Under the pieces are notes generated by a model that worked only from the letters and a program-made list of their open reading frames with translations, ran no database searches and was not told the origin of the DNA. From NCBI GenBank assembly GCA_026770705.1, contig JANJGN010000031.1, positions 930,001 to 994,000 on the forward strand: 64,000 nt of DNA, given 5' to 3'. This document shows, in pieces, positions 25,435 to 38,530 of this stretch. Position 1 is the first letter of the stretch, and each line of letters starts with the position of its first letter. Source of the stretch: Isurus oxyrinchus. Lineage: Eukaryota. A program made the translations under genes and the position numbers.

Positions 25435-28400
25435 CATAGAAGCACAGAACATAGGAGCAGGAGGAGGCCACGCAGCCCTTTGATCATTGCTGATCCTCTA
25501 TCTCAACGCCAAACTCCCAGTTTCTCCCCACGGCCCTGGACGCCTTCAGAGTCCAGAAATCTATCTATTTCCTTCTTGAATATATTCAACGACTTGACCT
25601 TCACAGCCTTCTGTGGGAGGGAATTCCGTAGTTTCACCGCCCTCTGAGTGAAGATGTTTCACCTCATCTCATCCTAAGTAGTCTAGCCCATATTCTGAGA
25701 TTGTGACGGCTTGCTATAGAACCCTAGCCAGAGGAAACATCATCCCTGTATCCAGTCTGTCCAGTCCTGTCAGAATTTTATCGGTTCCAATGGGATCCCA
25801 TCTCCTTTCTCTGAACTCTAGTGACTATAGGTCTAGTCGGTCCAATCTCTCCTCTTAGGACAATCCTGACATCCCAGGAATCAGTCTGGGGAACCTTCAC
25901 CGCACTCCCTCTATGGCAAGTATATCCTTTCTTAGGTAAGGAGACCAAACTGCACACAGTACTCCAGCTGTGGTCTCACAAAGGTACTATACAGCTGCAA
26001 TTAGACATCCTTGCTCTGGTAGTCAAGTCCTCTGGCAATGAAGGCCAACATACCATTTGCCTTCTTAACTGCGTACTGCACCTGCATGTTTGCTTTCAGT
26101 AATTGGTGTACAAGGACACACAGGTCCCTTTGTACCTCATAATTTCCCAATCTATCACCATTTAATAATACTCTGCCATTCTGTTTTTCCTACCACAGTG
26201 GATACCTTCACACTTATCCACATTTTACTGCATCTGTCATGCATTTTCCCACTCACTCATCTTGCCTAAAACGCCTTGAGGCCTCTTAACATCATCATCA
26301 CTCACATTCCCACTTAGTTTTGTGCCATCAGCAAATTTGGAAATATTACATTTGATTCCCTCATCCAAATCATTGATATATATATTGTAAATAGCAGGGG
26401 TCTAGGCACTGATCCCTACAGTATTCCACAAATCACCGCCTGCCATTCCAAAAAAGACCCATCTTTACCTATGCTCTGTTTCTTGTCTGATAACCAATTC
26501 ACAATCCATGCCAATATCTTAGCCCCAATCCCAAATGCTTTAATTCTACACACTAACCTCTTATGTAGCATTTTATCAAAAGCTTTCTGAAAATCCAAAT
26601 ACGCCACATCCACTGGTTCTCCCTTATCTATGCTGCTAGGTCAGTCTTAAAAAAAATCTGCAGTAGGTTTGTCAAACATGATTTCTCTTTCATAAATCCA
26701 TGTTGACTTTTTCTAATTCCACTGATATTTTCTGAGTGTCCTGTTATTACATCTTTATAACAGGCCATGCACTTTCCCCACCACTGATGTTAGGCTAACC
26801 GGCCTTTAAGTCTCCCCCCCACCCCCCACCCCCACCCCCGCGCCTTTTATAAAATAGTGGGGAGACATTTGCCACCCTCTAATATTCCAGGACTGTTCTA
26901 GAACCTACAGAACTTTGGAAGATGACAACCAACTCAGTCATTATTTCCATGGCCGCCTCCTTTAGCACCCTGGGATATAGATTATCAGGCCTTGGAGATT
27001 TATCAGTTTTCAGTCCAATTAATTTCTCCAGCACTATGTGTTTAGTCATACTAATTTCCTTCAATTCCTCCTTCTCTCTCTGCCCTCGATTCCCTAGCAT
27101 TTCTGGGAAGTTATTTGTGTCTTCCTCGACGAGCACAGAATGAAAGTAATGGCTTAATTACTCTGTGATTTCCTTGCTCTCCGTTATAAATTCTCCTGTT
27201 TCAGACTGTAAGGGGCCTACATTTGTCTTCGCTAATCTTTTCCTTTTTACATATATATAGAAGCTTTTACAGTCGCATTTCTGTTCCTTGCAAGTTTACT
27301 CTCATACTCTATTTTTCTCCTCTTCATCAACCTCTTTGTCCTCCTTTGCTGAATTCTGAACTGCTCTCAAGCTTCAGGTTTGCTACTTTTTCTAGTAACT
27401 TTATATGACTCCTGTTTGATCTAATACTGTCCTTGATTTCTTTTGTTTGCCATGGTTGGACTGCTTTTCGCGCTGTGTTTTTGCACCAGAAAGGAATGTA
27501 TAACTGTTGCAATGCATACATTAGCTCCTTAAATATTAGCCATTGCTTACTCAACGTCATGCCTTTTAGTGAAGTTCCCCAATCTATGCCTCATACCTTC
27601 ATAGTTTCCTTTGTTTAGATTTAGGACCCTAGTTTCGGATTGGACAACTTCACTTTCCAAACTAAAGAAGAATTCTACCATGTTATGGTCACTGGAAGGA
27701 GGTTGCACAGCAAGATAGTAATTAACCCGTTCTCATTGCACAAAACTGAATCTAGGACAGCCCTTGTTGGTTCCTCGGCGTACTGGTCTAAAAAAACCAG
27801 CTCGGACACGCTTCAGGAATTCATCTTGTCGTATATACGGTCATTTGTGCATTGAAGTTTAAAGTCCTTGTATTCTGTGCCTTGCGAATGCGGAACAATA
27901 AGGTGCCAGTTGTGTTTAAAAATAACCCAATTGACATCATGGTCATCATCCAGTACGAGGTAATACGACTCTTTGCACGCTTCTTTATAAATCTTCGTAG
28001 CCAGTTTAGCGATAGGTGAATCAGCTGGCAAACCTCCGTACAATAAATCCCTGACCCAAGTATCACTGGGCTAATAGAAAAACAAAGGCAAAAAATAATT
28101 TGTTAATTTGGTTTGCCCAGCCTATATGTAGATTAAAGTCACCCATGATTGCTGTAGCACTCTTGTTACATGCACCTCTAATTTCCTAATTAGTACAGTC
28201 CCCTACCTTACCACTACCTTTTGGAGGCCTATAGACAACTTCCTTTGATGTTTCCCACCCCTTGTTACTTCTTGGCGCCTCCGAGACTTATTCTACATCT
28301 AGATTTTCTGTGCCAATATCCTCTCTCACTGTTGCAATGATTTCATCTTTAACTAACAATTCCACGCCACCTCCTTCTCCTTTTTGCCTGTCCATACTAA

Positions 28401-28495
28401 ATATCGAACACCCTTGGATATTCAGTTCTGAGCCTTGGTCACCCTGCAGCCATGTCTCTGTAATCACAATCATACGATACCCATTTACATCTATT
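25435..28495 (-). mobile_element. Decayed CR1 ORF2, endonuclease to 3' UTR
   Basis: [37 protein letters not shown] and a CR1 tail near 25435. Confidence 0.9.
27826..28099 (-). other. Non-LINE insert inside a CR1 endonuclease region, origin unknown
   Basis: CR1 sequence breaks after caaattaacaa and resumes at gatgaattcc. The insert has an acceptor-like tttttctattag, two overlapping open frames of ~80 codons and 10 CpGs in ~245 bp. Confidence 0.65.
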
Positions 28496-30248
28496 CTAGG
28501 GAAATGGTGTTGGAGGAATTGTTGGGATTGAAGGTCAATAAATCTCCAGGGCTTGATAATCTACATCTCAGAGTATTGAAGGAAGTGGCCCTATAAATAT
28601 TGGAGGCTTCGGTGGTCATCTTCCGAGATTCTGTAGAGTCTAGAACAGTTCCTATAGATTGAAGGGTAGCTAATGTAACCCCACTATTTAAGAAGGGAGG
28701 TGGAGAGAAAGCTGGGGATTATAGTCCAGTCAGCCTGACGTCGATATTGGTGAAAATTTTAGAGTCCATTATAAAGGATTTAATAGTTGAGCACTTGGAA
28801 AACAGTGGGAGAATCTGACAGAATCAGCATGGATTTACGGAAGGGAAATCATGCTTGACAAATCTACTGGAATTTTTCGAGAATGTAACTGGTAAAGTTG
28901 ATGAGGGGGAGCCAGTCGATGTGGATTATTTGGACTTTCAGAAGGCTTTCACAAAGTTCCACATAAGAGATAAGAGTTTGAAATTAAAGTGCATGGGATT
29001 GGGGATAGTGTATTGAGATGAATACAAAACTACTTGGCAGACAGGAAACAAAGAGTAGAAATAAATGGGTATTTTTCTGAATGGCAGGCAGTGACTAATG
29101 GGGTACCGCATGGATTGGTGCTGGGACCCAGCTATTCAAAATATATATTAATGATTAAGATTAAAGAACTAAATGTAATGTCTCCAAATTTGCAGATGAC
29201 AAAATGTTGGGTGGGAGGGTAAGGGTGAGAAGGATGCAGAGATGCTTCAGTGTGATTTGGACAAGAGCAGTGAGTGGGAAAATGCATGCCAGATGTAGCA
29301 TAATGTAGATAAATGTGAGGTTATCCACGTTGGTTACAAAAAATGGAAGGCAGATTATTATCTGAATGACTATAAATTGAGAGAGGGGAATGTGCAATGA
29401 GACCTGGGTGTCCTCGTACACTAGTTGCTGAATGTACCCATGCAGGTGTAGCAGGTGGTAAAAAAGGCACATGGTATGTTGGCCTTCATAGCCAGAGGAT
29501 TCGAGTACAGGAGCAGGGATGACTCGCTAAAATTGTACAGTTCTTTGGTGAGACCACGCCAGGAATATTGTGTGCAGTTTTGGTTTCCTTGTCTGAGGAA
29601 GGATGTTCTTGCAATTGAGGGGTGTAGCGATAGTTTGCCAGACCACTTCCTGGGCTGACAGAACAGGAATGTGAGTAGAGATTGAGTTGGTTAGGATTAT
29701 ATTCGCTGGAATTCAGATGGATGAGGGCGGATCTCACAGAAACCTATAAAATTCTAACAGGACTTGTCAGGGTAGATGCAGGAAGGATGTTCCCGATGGT
29801 GGGGGAGTCCAGAACCGGGAGTCATAATCTGAGGATATGGGGTAGACTATTTAGCACTGAGATGAGGAGAAATTTCTTCATCCAGAGACTGGTGAGGCTG
29901 TGGAATTCGCTATCACAGAAAGTAATTAAGTCCAAAACATTGTATGTTTTCAGGAAGGAGTTAGATATAGTTCTTGGGCCAAAAGGGATCAAATTATATT
30001 GGAAGAAAGCAGGAACAAACTATTGAGTTGGATACAAAAACAGAATTACCTGGAAAAACTCAGCAAGACTGGCAGCATCTGCGGAGAAGAAAAGAGTTGA
30101 CATTTCGAGTCCTCATGACCCTTCGACAGAACTTGATTTCGAGTCCAATTTTGAGTTGGATGATCAGTCATGATCATAATGAATGGTGGAGCAGGGTCGA
30201 AAGGAAGAATGGCCTATCCTGCCCCTATTTTCTACGTTTCTATGTACA
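28496..30248 (+). mobile_element. CR1 RT-to-3' fragment containing a Penelope pLTR piece (~30033-30135)
   Basis: VTNGVPHGLVLGP, LVRPRQEYCVQFW, RRNFFIQR; tail ending tttctatg. Confidence 0.9.
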
Positions 30249-31629
30249 GTGCCTTTAGACTTCTCTCTTTACTCATCTTTTTGGTACTATGGCTTTATTT
30301 GTTTCTAGCCCCTCTTTTCACTTTTCTGTCTTTCATTTATAAATTTAGGTCCCTCTTTTCTGTCTCCCCACTCAGTTCCCATTCCACTGCCACTCTAGTT
30401 TTAACCCTCCCCTACTGTACCAGCGAATATGCCTGCGGGGATAATGGACCTGGTTCTGCTGGGGTGCAACCCAACTCCTCAACTCGGATACGATGCTCCT
30501 TGAGCTGCAAACACTTACTACAAATGTGTTCACTCTCGTGTCCAGCAGCGCCCACATGCTGCACCAGCAGTACATCACCGTACTACTATAACTATTGTAT
30601 ATTACTTAATTTATTAATTAATAACTCTAGTATCTCTGTTCTTTACACTTGAAGAATCCCTCGCTTTTTACACTCCATTGGAATGTTTGTTTACATCAGT
30701 ATTGATCTTATACACAACAAACTGCTTTTAAGAAAAGGGGAGAAAAAAATCTAGAGACCTAAACACAAACTAAAGACATTGCTTTTACTTTAACGACTAG
30801 GAATAATTTTTTCATACATTCATGAGATGTGGGTGTCGCTGGCTTTGCCAGGATTTAGGGGCCATTCCTAATTTCCCCTGTACAGAACGCATGTAGGCCA
30901 GACCAGGTAAGGACAACAAATTTTCTTCCCTCGAGAAGACTAGTGAACAAGATGGATTTTCACAACAATCAACAATGGTTTCATAGTCATCATTGGACTT
31001 TCAATTCCAGATTTTTATTGAATTCAAATTCTACTATCTGACTACGGTGGAAACAGGACTTGTAGAGATTTAAGGACCAATGAGGCACCAGAATGGATCT
31101 TGGGGCTGCAAGTCAATTTCCTTGAGTGAAGACACTTTGAAAGGACACTGGAATACTCACCCTGGTGTGGCAGGGAGGAGGGAGCCTTTTGAAAGTTCAG
31201 AAGGAACAGGAGACCTGATCAACAGGCTACATATCCGCTGAGAGCATAGCATAATATATAAATACATTGTAATGTTTTTTTGAAATGTGTTAATTAATTA
31301 ATGAGGAAGGACCTTTTCTCCAGTTTGGCATGTTAGTGGCCCATTAAGTAATGTTGAGTCGAAGTTGATTTTAGTTTTTTTTACCATAAAATCTTAAAAC
31401 ATGAAATCTTGGCATGTGATTGTAAGTAGCCAGGAAATTCATATCTCCTTTAAAAATCATTTGGTCTCCATGGGGTTTGTAACATGATATCGCACCTCAA
31501 ACTTCTAAGTGTGATAGCTTACACCCTTTGCAAACAATCCAAGGAGTATACAGAGCTGGTATGGGAGAGATTTATAAGAAAATACCTTTCAGAGTATAAT
31601 AATTTAAGAAACAGGAGTAGGAACATACA

Positions 31630-33560
31630 AGTATACATACACATTTAGAGCAGGAGCAGGCCATTCAGCCCTTCGTGCCTGCTCTGCCTTTCAATAAGAT
31701 CATGGTTAATCTGATTGTGGCCTCAATGCCACTATCGTGCCAACTCCCAATACCCTTTGATTCCCTTGTTAATCAAGAGTCTATCTACCTCTGCCTTAGA
31801 AATATTCAATGACCTGGCTTCTAACACTGTCTCCATAGACACAGGACTCTCAGAGAAAAAAGTTCTCCACATCTCTGTCTTTGATGGAAGAGCTGTGACC
31901 CCTAGTTTTGGTCTGTCCTGTCAGGGCGAACATTCTTTCCACATTAACTCAGCTAAGCCTCCTCAGGATCCTACACGTCTCGTTAAGATCAACTGTCATT
32001 CTTCTAAACTACAATAGCTAACTCCCAAACAATACAAATTTTCTTCATAGAATATTCCCCTTAGCCTATGCCAGGAATCAGTTGAGTAAACATTCTTTGA
32101 ACCGCTTTCAATACAATTATGCCCGTTCTTAAATAAGGAGACCAAAATTGTTCAGAATACCCCAGATGTGGTCCCACCAATGCCCTGCACGACATGAGAA
32201 AACATCCCTATTTTCATACCCCATTCCAATTGCAATAAGCAACAGCATACAAAGTGCCTTCATAATCACATGTTGCATCTGCAATACCTTTTTTTGAGAG
32301 TCACGTACGAGGACACCCTGATCCCTCTGTACCTCTGTAAACTCTCTTCATTTAGCGAAAAGCTGTTTTTTTATTCTTCCTGACAAAGTGGACAAGTTCA
32401 AATTTTCCCACATTAAACTCTATCTGCTAAATGTTTGCACACTGCTAACGAATCTATGTTACTTTACAGACTCTTTCTGTCCTTTTAAGAAATTACTTTC
32501 CTATCTATCTTTGCGTCATCAGCAAATTAGCAACTATAAATTCGGCCCCTTCATCCAAATCATTGATATAGATTGTAGTTAAGGCTCCAGCACTGATCCT
32601 TGTAGCACTCGTTACATCTTTCCAACCCAAAAATCACCCATTTATGCCTACTCTTGGTTTCCTGTTAGCTAACCAATCCTTTATCCATGTTAATATGATA
32701 CTCCAACACCATGAGGACTTACTTTGTATCATAACCTTTGATGTGGCACTTTTCAAATGCCTTCTGAATCTAAGTACACCACGCCTACAAGTTCCCCTTT
32801 ATCCACTTTGCTACTTACTTCCTCTAAGAGCTGTAGTAAATTAGTAAAACATGATTTCCTTATCACAAAAACATGTTGACTCTGCCTGCTGTAGAGGAAT
32901 TGATAGGATTTTAAAAAGTAAATAACAATAAATGATCAGTAAGAAAAACAGGAAGAAAGCATTCAGCCCCTTGACTGCTCTCCCATTCAATAAGATCATA
33001 GCTGCTTTGATCATGACTTTAACTCAACATTCCCGGCTGCGCCTTATCCCCCTCCACCCATTAACGTTGAATCTTCTACACTTCAAAAGTCTGTCAAACT
33101 TTGTCTTGAATATGTTCAATGGCCAGTCTCGATTGCATTCTGGGGTAGAAAATTTCAAAGATTACTGATCGTCTGTAGGAATAATTGTCTCCTTATTCCC
33201 ATCTTAAATAGAAGGTCCCTTATTGTGAGACTATGTATCCGGTTTCACAATCCCCACGACAAGAGCATCGTCTCAGCATCCAAACGATCAGGCCCTCTTC
33301 AGAATATTGCGTTTCAATAAGATCACCTCTGATTGTTTGAAAATTTAATATTAGGAGTTTCCCACTATGTTGTAGACTCCTCCCATCTGCATCAAACACC
33401 CTCTAGTGTTTCCTTTTTCCCTTTTGAACAGTTCAATTAAATCACCCCTCACTATTCTAAATTCAGGGAATGCAGCAAGGTTAATGCAACCTGTCTTCTT
33501 AATTTACCCCACGAAATCCCGGTTTTGTTCTGGTGAATCTGAGTTGTGAACCCTCCAGTT
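31630..33560 (-). mobile_element. Old CR1 fragments
   Basis: CR1 3' UTRs at ~31640 and ~32950 followed by decayed RT sequence. Confidence 0.75.
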
Positions 33561-33651
33561 TTGTCCTGTTCACTATCACCTCCCACACCAACCCCACCCC
33601 CCCACACACCCCCCACCACCCCCCCCCCCACCCCCAACATTTGCTTTTGGA

Positions 33652-33765
33652 ACTTCCTGCCGCTCGCAGTTCCACATAATCCAATCAGGGAATGAGGGGC
33701 GGGGCTGATAAAAAAAAGGGCGGGGCTGTCACTCTGAATTGGCGGGGCTGGGCTGTCAATCAGTG
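33652..33765 (+). promoter_or_regulatory. Putative V1 promoter
   Basis: ETS-like acttcctg 33652, ccaatcag 33681, three GGCGGGGC boxes and ctgtcaatca, all 80-190 bp upstream of the leader ATG. Confidence 0.6.
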
Positions 33766-33840
33766 TGAGGAGGAGCATTGTATTTCCAGTGTTTTCTTAC
33801 CAGTGATACAGAGTGGTTAAAAGGGAACCTGAAGTGGAAA

Positions 33841-34385
33841 ATGTATCTGTTGCTGGCTGCGTTAACCATGTTTCACTGTTATGAACTTGCCAGGCAACAA
33901 TTCCTATTCAGCCTTGAGCTTCCAGTCCCACTTGCTGACCTTCCCTTACTCTCTCTCCTTCTCGTCTTTTTCTATTTCTCTACATTTATATCTTTCCTTC
34001 CTTTGTTTCCCCAATACCCAAATACCCCCTTTAATAACGGCTTAGGCTCGCCTTCTCTTCCCCAGATGCGAACGCACAGACTATCCGCCAGACTCCCGTT
34101 GCTGCCTCCAGATTTCCCAGGCATGAAATGCAAATAGTCTGCGCTGTGGAGTTACCCTTACATGTTCTGATACAGATAATACTCGGGGAACGAGCTGCAC
34201 TTTCTGTTTTACTCCACAGGCACCAATATTGTAAATCCAGTGGGGCCGGTGGACGATTTCACCGCCTGGAGACCGCGAGATTCCGAGTTCAAGTTGGAGT
34301 CCCCCAGCCTGCGGGCGGATCACTCAGGCGTGTACTATTGCGCCTGTACAGTGACTCAGAGAGATGGAGCAGCTGAACAAATACC
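33841..34385 (+). pseudogene. TRBV: TCR beta V pseudogene V1, TRBV30-like
   Basis: Leader 33841-33877 (MYLLLAALTMFH, phase-1 GT donor at 33878). Acceptor ccccag, V exon 34066-34346: QTIRQTP..QIVCAVE, frameshift, then YPYMF*YR*YSGNELHFLFYSTG..DDFTAWRPRDSEFKLESPSLRADHSGVYYCA. The Trp41 codon is TGA and there is a second stop. RSS tacagtg(34347)-23 bp-acaaatacc(34377-34385). Confidence 0.92.
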
Positions 34386-36014
34386 CCAAAGGCGGCAGGA
34401 AACAGTTGTGAACGATAACACTGCGCGGTGGCTGCACCTGCTGTGTTTTGTTTTTCTTGCAGAGCGAGCATTGTTTTTGACAATAAGAGAAAAGGCTACA
34501 ACGAAAGTGAGTGATCAGGTTGAGGAGAACTGGAGAAAGGGAAAAGGAAAATTAACGAGGAGGTTACCAGAACTGAGAGGCTATAGTTAGCAGAAAAGGA
34601 TTGGCAGCCTTATTTCTAGTGGAATAAGGGTATTGAAATATATTCATTATAGAGGTTCTTGAAATTGTGAAAGTTGTTTGATAGGGCAGATAAAGTGAAC
34701 ATATTTCCACTTTCTAGGAAGATCAAAACGATTAGAAGACGCCATCAGTAATACATTTAACTGGGAATCTGGGCGAAACTAACCCTGAGGGTGGTGAGAA
34801 TGTGGTTGGAGAAAGGATATACTAAAGGTGAAATTATACAAACACGTGAGGGAGAAATAAATAGATTCAACTAAGTAACGTTAAGAAAGAAAGATAAGAG
34901 ATAAATAGAAAGGGAGAGGGAAGTTTAGAGAAAGAAGGACAACAGAAAAGAGACAGAGAGAGAGGGCGAGTGAAATCACTAAGATAAAAGCAAAATACTG
35001 CAGATGCTGGAAATCTGAAACAAAAGCAGAAAATAATGAAAAACTGAGCAGCATATGTGGAGAGATAAAGAGCATTTTGAGTCCATATGACCCTTCTTCA
35101 GAGCTGAAGAGAAGTGGAAATGTGATGAAACTTATAGGGGGTTGGGGCAGGTGGAGCTGGATAGAAGGCCAGTGATAGGTGGAGGCAAAGAAGAGATTGA
35201 CAAAGATGTCATGAACTAAGGAACAACGGGAATGTTAATGTTAGTGGTTACCTAAACCGGGTCAGGACTATATTTTACCTCCAACTGGCCACCTCGAGTC
35301 CACATTTCTCAGCACACTGACCCAACAAAAATCCATCAATCTCAGTTTTGTAATGTAAGATTAACCCCCCATTAATCTTTTGCTGGGAGACGGTTCCAGA
35401 TTTCCACAACCATTTGTGAGAGGAAATATTTCCTCACATCACCCTGAAAGACCTGTCTCTAATTGTGAAGTTATACTATTTTTTCTGGTGTGGGAATCTA
35501 GAAAATGAGGTACCTATCGCCTGCGATTACTGCTTTCGAAATCCATGAAAAAAACTCAAATGTGGGTCTTTCATGCAGAAGGTAAGACAGACAAGGTTAT
35601 GCAACCTGTCCTCATGATTTAAACCCTTAAACGCAGGTATAATTCTGTTGAATGAGCTTTGTACTCCCTCCAGGTCCAATTAATCCTTCCTGAGGTGTCT
35701 GCCCCGAATGGAAAGAAGGATTCCCGAAGGAACTTGCTCTGGGTTCCCTCCAATGAGCCAGAACTTCCTCCGTTTCGCTTTCTAGTTCCCTTCAAGTAAA
35801 AAATCCATTGGACTGTATGATTCTTCCTTATACAGCGAGACAACTAACTCCCTTCGCAGCTCCAGACATCCTAGCTTCCCACGAGATAGAAGCTACTCTG
35901 CTCTATCTTTGTGAGGTCGACCCTGGATGACCTGAGAATGGTTCACATTAAACTGCATCTGCCGCGCCTTTACCCACGCTGTCCCCTTTCAAACGCCCCG
36001 TTCCGCACAATAAT

Positions 36015-36080
36015 AAGGGTGGGGCTTTCAATCAGAGGAGGCGGGGCCTGGCCTTTTACACCTACATCACTTCCTTAAGC
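36015..36080 (+). promoter_or_regulatory. Putative V2 promoter
   Basis: tcaatcag 36028, ggcggggc, and tacatcacttcct (partial CRE-decamer overlapping an ETS core) upstream of the ATG at 36189. Confidence 0.5.
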
Positions 36081-36188
36081 TCTTCATGTTTTCCTCAATG
36101 ATTTTAAACAAGCAGGTCAGCTCCCAACAAGACTCCATCTTCTTGGCTCAGCTCATTTCCTTATTACAGGAAAGGTTTACCAGTCAAC

Positions 36189-36685
36189 ATGTACGTGGTT
36201 TTGAGTTTCCTGAGCTTATTTCAATGCCAGTGATTTTTTTTATGCAATAACCTGTTTAACAACAATTCTTTATATTTCCTTTCCTTCATTATTCCTTTCC
36301 TTCCCTTCCTTTCTTTCTTTCCCTCCTTCCTTCTTCACCTCTAAGATTTCTTCAGTTCTGACCTCCTCCTCTCCCTGTCTCTTCCCCAGACGTGAACTTG
36401 CAGCCGATCTGCCAGACTCCCGCCGCTATCTACAAATTTCCTAGGCAGGCAGTGGAACTGAATTGCGAGGTAGAGGGCAGGAGTATCCCTGCTAATTACG
36501 GGTACAGACAACACCAGGAGAAAGTGTCCCAAGTAATGTTTTACTCCAGTAATATCAGCCACGTGAGTTCAGAGGGGCCGGTGGACGGTTTCACCGCCGA
36601 GCGACCGACTGGCTCCAAGTTCAAGCTGCAGTTCTCCACCCTGCGGGCGGATCACTCGGCCATGTATTACTGCGCCTGGCGTCTT
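36189..36685 (+). CDS. TRBV: TCR beta V segment V2, TRBV30-like; open frame but probably non-functional (leader 36189-36225, V exon 36390-36685)
   Basis: Leader MYVVLSFLSLFQ followed by GCCAGT at the position where V1 has its GT donor. V exon VNLQPICQTPAAIYKFPRQAVELNCEVEGRSIPANYGYRQ..MFYSS..GFTAERPTGSKFKLQFSTLRADHSAMYYCAWRL. Both canonical Cys are present; conserved Trp41 is Gly. Confidence 0.88.
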
Positions 36686-36725
36686 CACAGTGATTTAAAG
36701 AGATGGAGTATCTCAAACAAACACC
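36686..36725 (+). other. RSS of V2 (consensus heptamer, 24-bp spacer)
   Basis: cacagtg 36686-36692, 24 nt, acaaacacc 36717-36725. The spacer aligns to the V1 spacer with one extra base. Confidence 0.85.
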
Positions 36726-37619
36726 AAAGGCGGCAGGAAACGGCTGTGAATGAGGAAACCAGGTCGTGTTGTAAAGAAAGAAACATTGGGTTTAGTTTGC
36801 AGAATGAATGTGTTTTTGACAAGAAGAAGAGACTAAAAGATAGATCGGGAATATAGAAAGCAAGGAAGGAAAGATAGAATGTAATAAACAAAGGATGAAC
36901 GACAGAGAGGAGAGAATTTGTTTGCAATCGATATACTGAAGCTGTGTTGCATTTATCCACAAATGCAGCCGAGGACACTCTAGGACCCTGAAACAGACGA
37001 CTGCAATTATTTTATATGGCACAGCAGAATCCCATTCAGCTCCCTCGAACTTGTTACGTATAAGCAGCCGGAGGTCTACTGCCCCTGACCAGGGAGGAAG
37101 AGACCATTAAATGACTCTCGAGCCTGTAGCACAGAAACAGTAGGAGACCCATTCACTCCCTTTGGGCTTGTTACACAGGAACGAGAGGAAGCCATTAAGC
37201 TCTTTCAATATGTTATATAGAAGAGGAAGAGGTCATTCATTTCCTCGTTGCTGTTAAACATGATCAGGCCGAATTCATTCATTTACCCGAACTGCTTTGC
37301 CTTTCAATTAGATCATTGTTAAAATGTGTCTTAACTTAACTTAAATGTATCTTTATTCCATATGTATCTCTTGAAAGCTCAAGTTCACCCTTAACTCCAA
37401 GAAGCTCATCAGTCGTGTGAAGGAATGGAACAGGACATCTGAAAATACCTAGCCTTAATTTCAATGCTTTGCCATCTTGTCTGGATTCAGCCCCACCGGG
37501 AACTGTTTCACTTTATCAAATGTATCAGCCCTTTTTAACATTTTCCAATCCTCAATTAGCTAACCACTAAATTTATTGTTCTCAAGCGAAATGAGTCCAA
37601 GTCTATGCCAGTTCAACTA

Positions 37620-38185
37620 TCTCCAAATGGCATTACGTTCGCTCAATGCTCCATCATCGATGTCCTATGGATTATCATTGACCAGAATCTCAAGTCAGAG
37701 GCTGAGAATTCTGTGGCAAGTAACTCACTTCTTGACTCCCCAAGGCCTGACCACCGTATACAAGGAACACGTCAGGAATGTGATGGCATCCTCTCCACTT
37801 GGCTTGATGAGTGCAGCTCCCATAACACTCGAAGCTAAACACCCTATGCCCGGGGCAAAGCAGTCCATTGAAGGCACCACATCCACTAAAATTCACTCCC
37901 TCCATCACCAATGCACAGTAGCAGCAGTGTGTACCATCTACAAGATGCACTGCAATAATTCACCAAGGTTTCTTTAGCAATGTGATCCAAACCCGCTACA
38001 TTTACACCTGGGAGAGGGACAGCAGAGACATGGGAACACCACCACCTTCAAATTCCCCTCCAAATCACACACCATTCGGACTGGGAAATATTTAACTCTT
38101 CCTTCACAGTCGCTGGGTGGAAATACTGGAACGCCTTCCCTAAAAGCACCGCTGGTATACCCACACCCAATGGGACTGCAGCTGG
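37620..38185 (+). mobile_element. Family B LINE 3' fragment
   Basis: LTPQGLTTVYK..MSAAPITL..AAVCTIYKMHCNNSPRFL. Confidence 0.8.
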
Positions 38186-38530
38186 TTACATAAATAGGGA
38201 GGGTTGATGGGGCTGGAGCATGTTACACCGACAGGGAGCATTGTAGGGGGTGTAGGAGGTTACAAAGTTAGGGAGGGTTGTAGGGGCTGGAGGGGATTCC
38301 AGAAATTGGAACGGTTGGAGTAAGTTACAGAGATAGGAAGGGTGTTATGGGCTGGTAGAGGTTACAGAGATAGGGAGAATTGTAGTGGCTAGAGTTGGTT
38401 ACTGTGATAGGGAGTGTTGTAGGTTCTGAAGGTGGTTACATAAATAGGAAGGGGGTTATGGGCTAGTAGAGATGACAGAGGTAAGGAGGGTTGTAGGGGC
38501 TGGAGGTGCTTACAGAGATAAGGAATGAGT
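38185..38530 (+). repeat. Degenerate ~38-bp minisatellite
   Basis: About 9 copies of a unit like ggttgtaggggctggaggaggttacagagatagggag. Confidence 0.85.
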
